Below, piece after piece: positions 9,407 to 19,365 of a stretch of 64,000 nt of DNA; position 1 is the stretch's first letter; each line of letters starts with the position of its first letter. Both the position numbers and the translations under genes were made by a program. Under the pieces are notes generated by a model. That model was not told the origin of the DNA. It searched no databases and saw nothing but the letters and a program-made list of their open reading frames with translations. Where the stretch lies: positions 33,973-97,972 of the forward strand of contig JAUYIE010000018.1 in NCBI GenBank assembly GCA_030688365.1. Reading direction: 5' to 3'. This DNA comes from a bacterium (GTDB taxonomy: Bacteria; Patescibacteriota; Patescibacteriia; JACQRZ01).

Positions 9407-11569
9407 TCAACCCTTTAGTCGTTTTTCCAAAAATTCTTTGAATTTGTTCTCTGAAGTCTCTGATTTGGACTTTAATCTCTCTTCAACCTTCAGTACACCC
9501 ATAACGCTAAGATCACCATCGTGTTTCTTAAGCTTTTCTAAACGTCCACGCTCGTCAATCAAAAACTCTGCAACGCTAGACTGGAAACTGCATCCGTCGC
9601 TCCTATTTTGTTGCATGTATTTTCTAAGATTTTTTTGAATTGTGTCAAAATACGCATAACGTTCTGTCCATGTTTTTTTCTCATTTTCGTCTGTATTTTT
9701 TTCAACTTGCAAAACTTCGCGCTCTTGCTTTATGCCAGTTTTCTTCCATGGAATGATTGAGGTTTTGTTTGCGTTTACAGCGAGCCTAAACTCTACATCT
9801 TTGATCTTTTTTTCAAGCTCCTGAATTTTTTGATATGCCTCGGATCTGGTGTATTCTGTCTTACCTTCTTTGATGCTAGAACTTCCATCAATATAACCAC
9901 TCTTATCAAATAAAAAATTACCTTTCTTTTTACCTACATCACCAAAAGTATTTTCCAATGAACCAATCGCACTAAGCGCTTGCTCTACGTTTTTAACACG
10001 ATCCTCTATCACTGCCAAGTCACGATCGTTTACCATCCTATGAATCTTGTAACATTGATTATCCCAATCAGCATCCAACTGATGTTTCATTTGCTTAATC
10101 ACTAAATCTCTTTCCTTTTCTATGTTTGACAATTTCTCTTCAAGAATTTTTTTTGCATTTTCAAGACTACCTTGATCTGTGACTACTTCACGCAAACGCC
10201 CGGAAACCGACTTTTCTGGAATTTTATTACTACGGCTTACTTGTGCAAGATCCTTAAAATTAATGTTTGGATCTTCTGTAAAAAATTTCGGGTTTTCCTT
10301 GAATGCGGTACGCAAATTTATAACCCAATCTTTCATGCGATTAACCATCTTCGTAACACTTGCTATATCCTCATATCTTCCGGATTCTACGATTGTATCT
10401 CTTGCATTTGACCGGTATGCCCTTTCCCGATCAACCACTTCGTCCAAATATGTTTCTGGGGTAATCTTCCCAGAAGAAACACGACTATCATAGGAAGTGC
10501 TTGACTCAAATATATCTTTAAACATTGCAGACGAAATATCATCCGGGGCGTTGTAATCATGATAATCAGAAAAGTATTTTCTCACTTGCTTCTCAATATC
10601 TTTGGATCCGCTGATTGTATCTTTAAACACTTTCAACGTTAATTTGCACTCCCTCTTCGTTTCATTCCAAATATCAACCAAGTCCGCCTTCTCTTTATCA
10701 TAATTTGGAAGACCGGCCAGTTCTTCAAGGGTAGCAGTGATGCCTGCGTGTTCTTGTTTCTTTTCAAATTCTTTTGTTATTTGTTCCTTATAGAACTCAT
10801 ACAAGGTATCGAGGACAAACGAACCACCGTTCTCAATTTTTTTACTCTGTTCGACGTCTGATATATCAACGATTCTGTTCCGATTAACCCTACGCAAATT
10901 AAATGAATCAAGATTGTCCATGAGCATTTGACTATCATCATGATGTTTTGAAATTTCTTCTTTAATGCTATCTTGAATTTTTTTCTTTCCTTCAGGTGTT
11001 TTTGCTACTAACTTGTCGCGTACCTCTTTTTTCTCTACAGTCCTAGCTTCAAGTGCCGACATGATGTCTTTTATTTTACCTTTAATAAGGACACCCACGA
11101 CTTTTTTATCATGTTTGGATAAACCTTCTCCTTTGCCACTACCCTTTAACAATCTTTTTAATATTATATTTCGTTTTTCATTATACTCTTGAGCATTAGC
11201 GACGGCTTTGTCTCGTATTGTCTTATCATCGCTAAACAGCTCATCCTCTCCAAACAATTGCTTAACCTCCGTGATTCCCATTTCTTCTCTTAAAACAGCA
11301 CTTTTAGCCGGATCATCAAAATATTGTTCTAACTCTTTAAATCTCGCATCAAACTCCTTTACAGACTCACTTGTATTAGAATACAGCTCAGGCAAACTGC
11401 TTGTTACTGTTTCAAGTTCATTGATTTCTTGCTCAAGCGATGTGATCTCCGTATAAATTCCTTGTAGTTCTGCATTCTTTTCTTCTTCCTCCTTTTCTTC
11501 TATTTTAGATTTTTTCTCTTGTTCGCGAGCCTGAACCCTTTTATTTAGATGCTCTTCAAGTGATGCCAT
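9407..11569 (-). CDS. large K/E-rich, probably coiled-coil hypothetical protein
   Basis: 720-aa uninterrupted ORF, highly charged and helical, no catalytic motif recognised. Confidence 0.8.
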   Translation of the reverse strand: MASLEEHLNKRVQAREQEKKSKIEEKEEEEKNAELQGIYTEITSLEQEINELETVTSSLPELYSNTSESVKEFDARFKELEQYFDDPAKSAVLREEMGITEVKQLFGEDELFSDDKTIRDKAVANAQEYNEKRNIILKRLLKGSGKGEGLSKHDKKVVGVLIKGKIKDIMSALEARTVEKKEVRDKLVAKTPEGKKKIQDSIKEEISKHHDDSQMLMDNLDSFNLRRVNRNRIVDISDVEQSKKIENGGSFVLDTLYEFYKEQITKEFEKKQEHAGITATLEELAGLPNYDKEKADLVDIWNETKRECKLTLKVFKDTISGSKDIEKQVRKYFSDYHDYNAPDDISSAMFKDIFESSTSYDSRVSSGKITPETYLDEVVDRERAYRSNARDTIVESGRYEDIASVTKMVNRMKDWVINLRTAFKENPKFFTEDPNINFKDLAQVSRSNKIPEKSVSGRLREVVTDQGSLENAKKILEEKLSNIEKERDLVIKQMKHQLDADWDNQCYKIHRMVNDRDLAVIEDRVKNVEQALSAIGSLENTFGDVGKKKGNFLFDKSGYIDGSSSIKEGKTEYTRSEAYQKIQELEKKIKDVEFRLAVNANKTSIIPWKKTGIKQEREVLQVEKNTDENEKKTWTERYAYFDTIQKNLRKYMQQNRSDGCSFQSSVAEFLIDERGRLEKLKKHDGDLSVMGVLKVEERLKSKSETSENKFKEFLEKRLKG

Positions 11570-11635
11570 AAAATAAAAAATAGTATTCTAATTAATGCGT
11601 AGTATACCACATGGACACTTAAACCTCAAAAAAAG

Positions 11636-11658
11636 AAAGTCCTATCAATTAGGACTTT
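11636..11658 (-). terminator. intrinsic terminator after upp
   Basis: AAAGTCCTA-tcaat-TAGGACTTT stem with a U-rich tail on the minus strand. Confidence 0.7.
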
Positions 11659-11677
11659 AAAAATATTTTTAATATTA

Positions 11678-12388
11678 TTACGGTTTAACGAGCTCATCAC
11701 CAAGATCGCCACCACCTGGAACAATAAATCCTACCTGATTCGGACCGCCATCCAGAACGGCGCTAAACTGCTTTGGTTCCGTAACATGTTTATATGTACG
11801 CAAGACAGCACGTGGTGTCTCCATAAGTGTGACAGTTGCGAAATCACATGATTGCCATGCAACCCCATTGGCTTTTAAAAGTTCAAAAATAGCAGTCAAT
11901 GCTTCATCCATACTCCCTCCGGTAGATTTCATTGGGTCTATAATAAGATACATTCCCCCTTTGACAATTGGTATATCTTTACAAAGCATTGTTGGAATGA
12001 GACTTTCTTCATTCCTCTTTTCCCACATCGTGCTCACATGAACTTTTAAACCAGACACAAGATCAAGGGCAGTAACAATAGCATGAGCTGGTGTATTACC
12101 TGCACGAAGTATCTCCACAACAACAATTTCCTGAATGACCTCATAAACTGTTGTCATTGCCACTCCCGTATCTATTTCCTTCGGCTGTGTTTTTAACTTT
12201 GCCAAAGCCATCATAGCGATGTGAGGAAACAGAAAACGTACAGCATTACGCTTATCTCTCCCAGAACATTTCTTGTCTCTCAGTATTGAGAGACAGTGTC
12301 CAAATATTGAGTTTTGAGATAATAATGTCACATGTTCCTCAAGACCGATAACTTTTTTTTCTACCACTGTGTTTGACAATGAATCCAT
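11678..12388 (-). CDS. upp: divergent uracil phosphoribosyltransferase
   Basis: EILRAG, RNEESL, IIDPMKSTGGS (PRPP site) and FIVPGGGDLGD match UPRTase motifs; AAGGAG RBS. Confidence 0.8.
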   Translation of the reverse strand: MDSLSNTVVEKKVIGLEEHVTLLSQNSIFGHCLSILRDKKCSGRDKRNAVRFLFPHIAMMALAKLKTQPKEIDTGVAMTTVYEVIQEIVVVEILRAGNTPAHAIVTALDLVSGLKVHVSTMWEKRNEESLIPTMLCKDIPIVKGGMYLIIDPMKSTGGSMDEALTAIFELLKANGVAWQSCDFATVTLMETPRAVLRTYKHVTEPKQFSAVLDGGPNQVGFIVPGGGDLGDELVKP

Positions 12389-12464
12389 TTCTTCTCTCCT
12401 TTAATACAATCAATAATATTTTTTAAATGTACTAATTCGTACGCACATTGTGTCATAGACTATC

Positions 12465-13010
12465 CTACTTACTCCCGCTTGTCAAATGTTCAAAGTAGAC
12501 TTGGCTTTTTGGCATTGAGTTCAGGCGTGGAAATAGATGGTCATGTAGTGAAAATTGTTCTTGAGGCACCCCATATCCTAACAACACACAAAGGTTATAT
12601 AAATACGTCCGTGCGAGTTGTGTAGATGGGATATCACCACCGGCGACTTCTTGAATAAACCCGTACAGTAAATCAAAAAGCTCATCATCTCGATGAGCAT
12701 CGCGCACCATCTGATCGGTGCATTCCAGACAATAGAGCGCCGCGATCAGGCGATCAGACTTATCAAATGATGGTACAAAATGTGCTATCGCATCCACAGT
12801 CGCGATATGATCCCTGCCTCGTCCTCGGGCAATAGTAAATGTAGCGTAGGTAAAAAGCTCTAGATGCCCCGCAAGCTTGCTCGTAATCTTTTTTACACTT
12901 TTTGCCAAGGCAGAAATCTTGCCGTGTTCCTTAGTATAAATAGTATAAACACGATCGGCATCTCGCCCATCTCGTTTGGCAATAATAATGCCAATAGTTT
13001 TGAACGTCAT
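12465..13010 (-). CDS. recO: DNA repair protein RecO (short form)
   Basis: MTFKTIGIII...DADRVYTIYTKEHGKISALAKSVKK..SKLAGHLE; start reassigned to ATG 13010. Confidence 0.9.
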   Translation of the reverse strand: MTFKTIGIIIAKRDGRDADRVYTIYTKEHGKISALAKSVKKITSKLAGHLELFTYATFTIARGRGRDHIATVDAIAHFVPSFDKSDRLIAALYCLECTDQMVRDAHRDDELFDLLYGFIQEVAGGDIPSTQLARTYLYNLCVLLGYGVPQEQFSLHDHLFPRLNSMPKSQVYFEHLTSGSK

Positions 13011-13014
13011 AGCG

Positions 13015-13404
13015 CTAGCGCAACGAATCAAAATAGCTCTGTAGCACCAACATCGCAGCGACTGCATGATCTTTTTTCTCCGGCGTATCACGCAACATTT
13101 TCTGCGCTTCTTTTGAGGAAAAACTTTCATCGTACATATGCACAGGCATACCTACTTCTTTGGTGAGAGTCGCCACAAATTCTTCAACCTCCGTTCGTTG
13201 ACGCATATCAGCAGTCCCAATCGTCGGCACCCCCACAACAATCGCCTGTACCTTCTCCTCCTTGATGACCGTTTTTAGGTGATCAAATGTTTGATTCACC
13301 CCCTTATTTTCAAAAATCCTAAACGGCGACGCGATCTTAATCTCATCGTCGCCCAAAGCAAGACCGATATGTTTTGACCCATAATCAATAGAAAGGTATG
13401 TCAT
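13015..13404 (-). CDS. ruvX: YqgF/RuvX pre-16S rRNA nuclease
   Basis: LSIDYGSKHIGLA, IVVGVP, DESFSS, DHAVAAMLVLQSY. Confidence 0.93.
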   Translation of the reverse strand: MTYLSIDYGSKHIGLALGDDEIKIASPFRIFENKGVNQTFDHLKTVIKEEKVQAIVVGVPTIGTADMRQRTEVEEFVATLTKEVGMPVHMYDESFSSKEAQKMLRDTPEKKDHAVAAMLVLQSYFDSLR

Positions 13405-13462
13405 AGTGCTATATAGGATATCAGAATTAAACTATAAATTCAACAATCTCGAAAGTAAAGTA

Positions 13463-13490
13463 AAACTGATAAGCTTTTGCTTATCAGTTT
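13463..13490 (-). terminator. intrinsic terminator
   Basis: Perfect 12-bp stem AAACTGATAAGC/GCTTATCAGTTT with TTTT loop just after the 13495 stop. Confidence 0.7.
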
Positions 13491-13494
13491 AATC

Positions 13495-14271
13495 TTATTT
13501 TGGATGTAACAAATCAAAATCATCGAGCTGTTTGCGACATGCTGTTTCAAATAGCTGAATCATTTCTTGAGCGCGTCTTCCTGCTGCAGATCTTTCTTCT
13601 GGTGGAAGTTTTGCTACGTTCGCTAAAATACTACGAGTGAGTTTTATTTTTTCATCTTCCATGTGATCCACAATCCTTTGTCTGCCCAACTCAAAGGTTT
13701 TCTTGACCTTTTTTTTGTTAGACGCTTTAAATTCCTCAAGTTGAATGTCAAGTTGTTTTTGATATTTTTTTAACTCTGCATCATTCTTGATTGTTAATTC
13801 ATGTTTCAACTTTTCAGTGTCATAAACCACCAGACTGTTACAGCTCATTGACAATATTGTGAGTATTGTCAGTATGCTGACACTAGATATAACGAGACAT
13901 ATAACAACCCCACCAAATGACTCCTGTGTTAAGATGCGATCAGCAACCATAGCAGGGAAAAATGTGACGGCTTGTCCAAAAATACCACAAATCATAGCAG
14001 ATACAATTATATTGATAGTATCTGATGGTTTGCGAAAAAACTCACGAACAGAGACATCTTCACTGTCTTTATATATCTCTACAAATTCTTTCCTAACCAA
14101 GTAGAGAATCAAGGAGAAGCCACAGAAGACATCAATGCTTCCTATACCTGCAATTATCAATGTAACCAACAAAGGATTATTGAATATTCCTCCCATAAGA
14201 AGGCTATATACAAAACTAACAACAGCGAGCATAGCCATCTGAAGCCCAAACACAACCATCTTTTTTTTCAT
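13495..14271 (-). CDS. hypothetical membrane protein (about 4 TM segments plus C-terminal coiled coil)
   Basis: Hydrophobic N-half, charged C-half; start reassigned to ATG 14271 (MKKKMVV) because AGGAG precedes it; ORF track start is GTG 14358. Confidence 0.72.
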   Translation of the reverse strand: MKKKMVVFGLQMAMLAVVSFVYSLLMGGIFNNPLLVTLIIAGIGSIDVFCGFSLILYLVRKEFVEIYKDSEDVSVREFFRKPSDTINIIVSAMICGIFGQAVTFFPAMVADRILTQESFGGVVICLVISSVSILTILTILSMSCNSLVVYDTEKLKHELTIKNDAELKKYQKQLDIQLEEFKASNKKKVKKTFELGRQRIVDHMEDEKIKLTRSILANVAKLPPEERSAAGRRAQEMIQLFETACRKQLDDFDLLHPK

Positions 14272-14498
14272 TTTTAATGTACTCCTACTTGTTAAAACAA
14301 TATAACCCACAATGAAACTACCAAAAACAGACGTTTTTGTCAAGATATTAACCACCACTCGAGAAGCGTATAACCCCAGTTCTGTTGACCAAATGTGATC
14401 GTACTGTTAAGTGACTTCCACAACCGTGGTGACCTTCTGATACGACGATTGGGAGAATATCTGAAGGATTCCACAATAATGGAATATAGAATCGGTGT

Positions 14499-14642
14499 TT
14501 CTTGGTTTCTCTTTCAAAAATTTTATGAGCGAGTCAAGTAAAGGATAAAAAAGTTGAGACGAGCGAATAGAAGTGAGGAAGGAGACTTACCTTCTCGTAA
14601 AAAATACCGTGGCCGAACGCTTTTTGAAAGAGAAACCAAGAA
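14499..14642. repeat. 22-bp perfect inverted repeat enclosing 100 bp
   Basis: TTCTTGGTTTCTCTTTCAAAAA (14499-14520) and TTTTTGAAAGAGAAACCAAGAA (14621-14642). Confidence 0.9.
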
Positions 14643-14657
14643 CCGTACATGGCAAAA

Positions 14658-15437
14658 TTATGCTAGGGTCAAAATTTCATGCCCCCCAGCAGTCACCGCA
14701 ATAGTATGTTCAAAATGCGCCGCCAAAGAATGATCCGCTGTCCGCACTGTCCACTCATCCGTATCCGTGAATACATGCCAATCTCCCATCGCCACCATCG
14801 GCTCAATACAAATCACCATGCCTTCTTTCAAAATAACATCAGGCATGCGCTCATCAAAATAATTAGGCACTGGTGGATCTTCATGTACAGAAAATCCTAC
14901 CCCATGCCCCGTCAAATCACGAATCAATGAATACCCGTGTCCTTCGCAATATCCCTGCACTTCTTTTGAAATCTCATGGATGGATATACCGGGACGTACC
15001 AAGGCGATAGCGCGATCCAAAGAAACACGCGTCACATCAATCAGACTTTGTGCATCGACAGATATCTTTCCCACACCCACCGTCACCGCCATATCAGTAT
15101 ACAATCCATCATTTGCCGGATAACGAGTGCCAATATCAAGACCGACGATATCGCCTTCGTGTAATACAATATCGCGTATACCAATACCGTGGACGACCTC
15201 ATCATTGATTGAAATACATAGAGTGGACGGATATCCCACCACTCCCCGTGCCGTGCCATATCCCAAAAAAGCTGGCGCCCCTCCATGGCTCTCTATGTAT
15301 TCACGCGCGATCCTATCCAACCCGTGTATCCCTATGCCTGGCTTCACAGCGGATTGCACAGCCAAAAGAGCGGCCGCAAGTATTGAGCCGCCTTTTTTCA
15401 TAAGAGCAATATCGTCTGTTGTCTTGTATGTAATCAT
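14658..15437 (-). CDS. map: methionine aminopeptidase type I
   Basis: CISINDEVVHGI, GDIVGLDIG, GHGVG, HEDP, IEPM, AHFEHT. Confidence 0.97.
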   Translation of the reverse strand: MITYKTTDDIALMKKGGSILAAALLAVQSAVKPGIGIHGLDRIAREYIESHGGAPAFLGYGTARGVVGYPSTLCISINDEVVHGIGIRDIVLHEGDIVGLDIGTRYPANDGLYTDMAVTVGVGKISVDAQSLIDVTRVSLDRAIALVRPGISIHEISKEVQGYCEGHGYSLIRDLTGHGVGFSVHEDPPVPNYFDERMPDVILKEGMVICIEPMVAMGDWHVFTDTDEWTVRTADHSLAAHFEHTIAVTAGGHEILTLA

Positions 15438-16111
15438 AGAGAGACGCCAATCTCGCGAAGTTTCTCTGTAATGACAGCAAAATCCGCATCTGGTCCGTCA
15501 TCGACTCCGCTTTGATATGAAATAATAGGATATCCAAGCTTGCGATATATATCAAGCAACATCGTAATACGTTGATCGTACTCCTTATACCTCAAACGTA
15601 CAATGTCCTCCTTGTCATCTTCTCGTTGTGTCAAAGATTGTTTACAAACATCACATTCATTTTTTGTATACTGCTCATTTCCTGGTCTAAATGGCCGACC
15701 ACACTGTCCGCAAATCCTACGCGTACTGATACGTTGTACTGCCGTATCTTCATCAATATCAATATGAATCACCACAGGCGTTCCCAAATCAAATGCGCTT
15801 AATATTTCCGGAAGTTTATCTACTTCACCTATTGAAAGGGGAAAGGTGTCAAAAATTACCCCATGAGAAGTATCCAGCGTACCAAGATGATCATTTAAAA
15901 TTTCAACGGCAATCGCATCATCTTGAGGAATCCCCGCATTATAATTTTTCTCAATCAATTCGCATATATTTCCTGAACGTGGTACGTCGCAATAATGACG
16001 TATCAACGATCCCATGGCTATATGTGTCATACCAGTGGCAGTGGCAAGGCGTTTTGCCTGTTCACCTTTGCCGGATCCCGGCGAACCAATAAGAAGAAAA
16101 GCTCTGCTCAT
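15434..16111 (-). CDS. adk: adenylate kinase family protein (divergent)
   Basis: P-loop GSPGSGKG, Zn-lid CGQC...CDVC, QREDD; lies between secY and map. Confidence 0.88.
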   Translation of the reverse strand: MSRAFLLIGSPGSGKGEQAKRLATATGMTHIAMGSLIRHYCDVPRSGNICELIEKNYNAGIPQDDAIAVEILNDHLGTLDTSHGVIFDTFPLSIGEVDKLPEILSAFDLGTPVVIHIDIDEDTAVQRISTRRICGQCGRPFRPGNEQYTKNECDVCKQSLTQREDDKEDIVRLRYKEYDQRITMLLDIYRKLGYPIISYQSGVDDGPDADFAVITEKLREIGVSL

Positions 16112-16135
16112 AGAACACAATTCTTAAAAACTTAA

Positions 16136-17407
16136 TTAAATAATATCGTCGTAATCGCGCATTGTCATTTGTGCTTTGATTTGCTTGAATATCTCAATCA
16201 CAACACCTACAACGATCAAGACACTCGCACCGCTAAAGGAAAGATTGGTAATACCTGTCCCCGCCTGTACGACTTGTGGTATAGTTGCAATTACTGCCAA
16301 AAATAGCGCTCCAGGAAGAACGATCTTGCTCATTGTCTTTGCAAGATACTCTGCAGTTGGGGATCCTGGACGAATACCAGGAATAAACCCTCCTTGCTTT
16401 TGAATATTTTCAGCCACTTCAGCAGGTTTGAAAATAATCGCAGTATAAAAATAGGTAAAGGCCATGACCAACACAAAAAAGACTATTCCATTATACAATT
16501 GATTGCTAAAAAAACGAATAACAAACTCTGATGCGTGTACCACCCAGGTACTACGCGCCTGTAAAAAGAATTGTGCGATGGTAGGCGGAAACAAAATAAT
16601 AGACACAGCAAAAATGATAGGAATCATGCCTGCTTGATTGATTTTTAAAGGTAAGTGAGTTTCTGATCCGCCAGTCAATCGCGAACCGCGCACTTGTTTT
16701 GCATATTGTACTGGTACGTTTCTTTGTGCATCTGCCACAAACACGATAAAAGCAACTAAGAGCAGTAACGCGGCAGTAAACGAGATCACCCCCACTACTT
16801 GCGAGGAATCAATCGTTTGGAGTGATGATAGCAATCCGGGAAGTCCTGAAACAATACCCGCAAAAATCAACAGTGAAATACCATTTCCCACCTTCTTCTC
16901 CGAGATAAGTTCACCGAGCCACATCATGAAAATAGTGCCGGCAGTCATAGTCAAAATCATGATAGCGATAGATAGTGCATCAGTATTCAAAAATATTTGT
17001 TGACTGGACTGACGCAAAAGCGCAATAACTCCGTATCCCTGAATCATAGCCAGTGGTACAGTGAGATATCGTGTATATTGAGTAATTTTCCCTTTACCAT
17101 ACTCACCTTCTTTAGATAGCCGTTCCAAAGCAGGGACAATCATTGTCAAAAGCTGGATAATAATGGATGCAGTGATATAAGGAGCGATCCCGATCGCTAA
17201 CAACGAAAAACGCTCGAGCCCTCCGCCTGAAAAAAGACTCACTAATCCCAGCAATGGATTCTCATCAAGAAATGCTTTCAATGCGACAGGGTCAACCCCT
17301 GGCAGTGGAATAGCTGCTACAAAACGAAAAATGATAAGCATACCGATAACAAAAAGCACTGCGTTGCGTAGCTCCGGAACGTTCCAAATTTGTCGAAGCG
17401 TATTCAT
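16136..17407 (-). CDS. secY: preprotein translocase SecY
   Basis: GIAPYITASII, GNGISLLIF, GGFIPGIRPG; multiple TM segments. Confidence 0.98.
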   Translation of the reverse strand: MNTLRQIWNVPELRNAVLFVIGMLIIFRFVAAIPLPGVDPVALKAFLDENPLLGLVSLFSGGGLERFSLLAIGIAPYITASIIIQLLTMIVPALERLSKEGEYGKGKITQYTRYLTVPLAMIQGYGVIALLRQSSQQIFLNTDALSIAIMILTMTAGTIFMMWLGELISEKKVGNGISLLIFAGIVSGLPGLLSSLQTIDSSQVVGVISFTAALLLLVAFIVFVADAQRNVPVQYAKQVRGSRLTGGSETHLPLKINQAGMIPIIFAVSIILFPPTIAQFFLQARSTWVVHASEFVIRFFSNQLYNGIVFFVLVMAFTYFYTAIIFKPAEVAENIQKQGGFIPGIRPGSPTAEYLAKTMSKIVLPGALFLAVIATIPQVVQAGTGITNLSFSGASVLIVVGVVIEIFKQIKAQMTMRDYDDII

Positions 17408-17435
17408 GATAATCGTTTAAAAAATGAAAACAAGT

Positions 17436-17891
17436 TTATGCGCTCATAGTGATCGTACCCCCCGCTTTTTCAATCTTTTCTCGAGCAGATGCGGAAAATA
17501 TACAATCGTTCACCGTCAATTTCTTTGTGAGCGTTCCAATTCCAAGCACTTTCACGCGAGAAGAAGTTCCTTTTGCCTTTTTTATAATCCCTTTTGCAGT
17601 CAAAGAAATATGATCCACCGTTTCACCGTCTTTGAAATGTTTCTCAAGATCTCGCACGTTGACCTCATAGGTAATGATACCTTTGATTGCATGGAATCCT
17701 TTATTTTTTGGGATACGCAAAAGCATCTGCTTCATACCTTTGAGACGAAGACCTTTACGTCCGCCGCTACGTGCACGTTGACCTTTTTGGCCACGTGTGG
17801 CAGTCGTACCATGTCCACTTCCATGACCTCTACCGACTCGCTTTGGTCGTTTGGTAGATCCTTTAAATGATTTTAGTGTATGAAGTTCCAT
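17436..17891 (-). CDS. rplO: 50S ribosomal protein L15
   Basis: RVGRGHGSGHG..RGQKGQRARSG. Confidence 0.97.
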   Translation of the reverse strand: MELHTLKSFKGSTKRPKRVGRGHGSGHGTTATRGQKGQRARSGGRKGLRLKGMKQMLLRIPKNKGFHAIKGIITYEVNVRDLEKHFKDGETVDHISLTAKGIIKKAKGTSSRVKVLGIGTLTKKLTVNDCIFSASAREKIEKAGGTITMSA

Positions 17892-17894
17892 ATA

Positions 17895-18446
17895 TTATAC
17901 AGCAGGTGTTATGATGGACTCTCCCATTATATCAGGAGTCACTTTTTCTACACGTGGTTTGATAACCCGCACTGACGGTTTTGATAGCTCCTTAATACCT
18001 GCAAACAATGCATGAATATTATTTATTTTATTTTTTGAGCCATAAGACTTTGCGACGATATTGTTCACGCCGGAAATTTCCAATGCAAGACGTATAGCCC
18101 CACCTGCCATAACACCAGTACCTTCAGGAGCAGATTTTAACATGATACGTGCCGCCTTAAACTTTATTCTTGCTTCATGAGGAATAGTACCATGAACGAT
18201 AGGAATGGTCACCAATGCTTTCTTGGCATGATTTGCTGCTTTATTCACTGCAATCGTGACATCTGCTCCTTTTGCAATACCATATCCTACCTGTCCTTTT
18301 TTATCACCCACAACAACGCACGCACGAAATCGCATACGCTTCCCGCCTGCTGTCACACGCGTGACACGAGCAAGATCAATAATCCGTTGGTCAAAATCGG
18401 ATTGTTCACGTTGATTTCCTCGTTTTGTACGTTTGTTCTGTGCCAT
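17895..18446 (-). CDS. rpsE: 30S ribosomal protein S5
   Basis: RVTRVTAGGKRMRFRA, APEGTGVMAGG. Confidence 0.97.
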   Translation of the reverse strand: MAQNKRTKRGNQREQSDFDQRIIDLARVTRVTAGGKRMRFRACVVVGDKKGQVGYGIAKGADVTIAVNKAANHAKKALVTIPIVHGTIPHEARIKFKAARIMLKSAPEGTGVMAGGAIRLALEISGVNNIVAKSYGSKNKINNIHALFAGIKELSKPSVRVIKPRVEKVTPDIMGESIITPAV

Positions 18447-18460
18447 AGTATAAAAATGTT

Positions 18461-18817
18461 TTAAAACTCGAGTCCTCCTTCGCGCGCTCCATCAGCTAGT
18501 GCCGCAACACGTCCATGATACTGATAACCTCCTCTATCAAAGACAACTGATTTGATACTTTTCTCTGCTGCTTTTTTGGCAATAAGCATACCGACGTGGG
18601 TTGCACGTTCTGTCTTTGTTTTTTTGAGATCCGTTGCAGAAAGCTCTTTTTCACGCGCACTCGCCATAGTACTCCCTTTCTCATCATCAATCAACTGCGC
18701 ATATATCGCTTGCAAAGAACGAAAAACCGCCAAGCGTGGACGCTGTGCTGTGCCTGATATACGTGCGCGAATACGCCGTTTGCGATGAATTCGTTTATTG
18801 TTATGTGAAATAGTCAT
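18461..18817 (-). CDS. rplR: 50S ribosomal protein L18
   Basis: [23 protein letters not shown]. Confidence 0.97.
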   Translation of the reverse strand: MTISHNNKRIHRKRRIRARISGTAQRPRLAVFRSLQAIYAQLIDDEKGSTMASAREKELSATDLKKTKTERATHVGMLIAKKAAEKSIKSVVFDRGGYQYHGRVAALADGAREGGLEF

Positions 18818-18821
18818 ACGT

Positions 18822-19361
18822 TTATGCCTTTGCCGTCTTTCCCGCTTTACGGCGAATTACTTCCTCTGAATATTTAATACCCTTGCCTTTGTATACTTCC
18901 GGTGGTTTCAACCGACGCAATTGAGCTGCTGTTTCTCCTAACAACTGTTTATCAATACTAGAAAATGTTACTACATTTTTCTCAACAGTAGCAGTCACAC
19001 CTTGCGGTATCACAAAGGTGGTGGGATGAGAAAACCCTAAACTCAAATTCAGCCCACTCCCCCCCAGTGCCACTTTGAATCCAACACCGTTAATTTCAAG
19101 CTTTTTTTCATAGCCAGCCGTTACACCCTGTACCATATTACTAATCAATCTCTGTGACAAGCCCCATAGAGAACGATCCAGTTTATTTTCCGTATCAGCA
19201 ACATTAACCTGTACTGTTGATTCATCTATAGATACCGACACGTGAGGGTGTAATTTTTGTGTCAATTGTCCTTTCGGGCCTTTCACAGTTATCACAAAAC
19301 CATCGTGTGTGATCTGTACTCCGGATGGAATTGAAATAATTTGTTTTCCTATACGTGACAT
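18822..19361 (-). CDS. rplF: 50S ribosomal protein L6
   Basis: MSRIGKQ start at 19361, PEVYKGKGI. Confidence 0.97.
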   Translation of the reverse strand: MSRIGKQIISIPSGVQITHDGFVITVKGPKGQLTQKLHPHVSVSIDESTVQVNVADTENKLDRSLWGLSQRLISNMVQGVTAGYEKKLEINGVGFKVALGGSGLNLSLGFSHPTTFVIPQGVTATVEKNVVTFSSIDKQLLGETAAQLRRLKPPEVYKGKGIKYSEEVIRRKAGKTAKA

Positions 19362-19365
19362 ATAT

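Noticed and set aside
14499-14642. Inverted repeat as an autonomous IS element
   Set aside because: Only 144 bp, with no transposase and no clear target-site duplication; kept only as an unexplained element.
17892-17894. Absence of rpmD (L30) between rpsE and rplO
   Set aside because: Real, but an established CPR trait; used only as a taxonomic clue.
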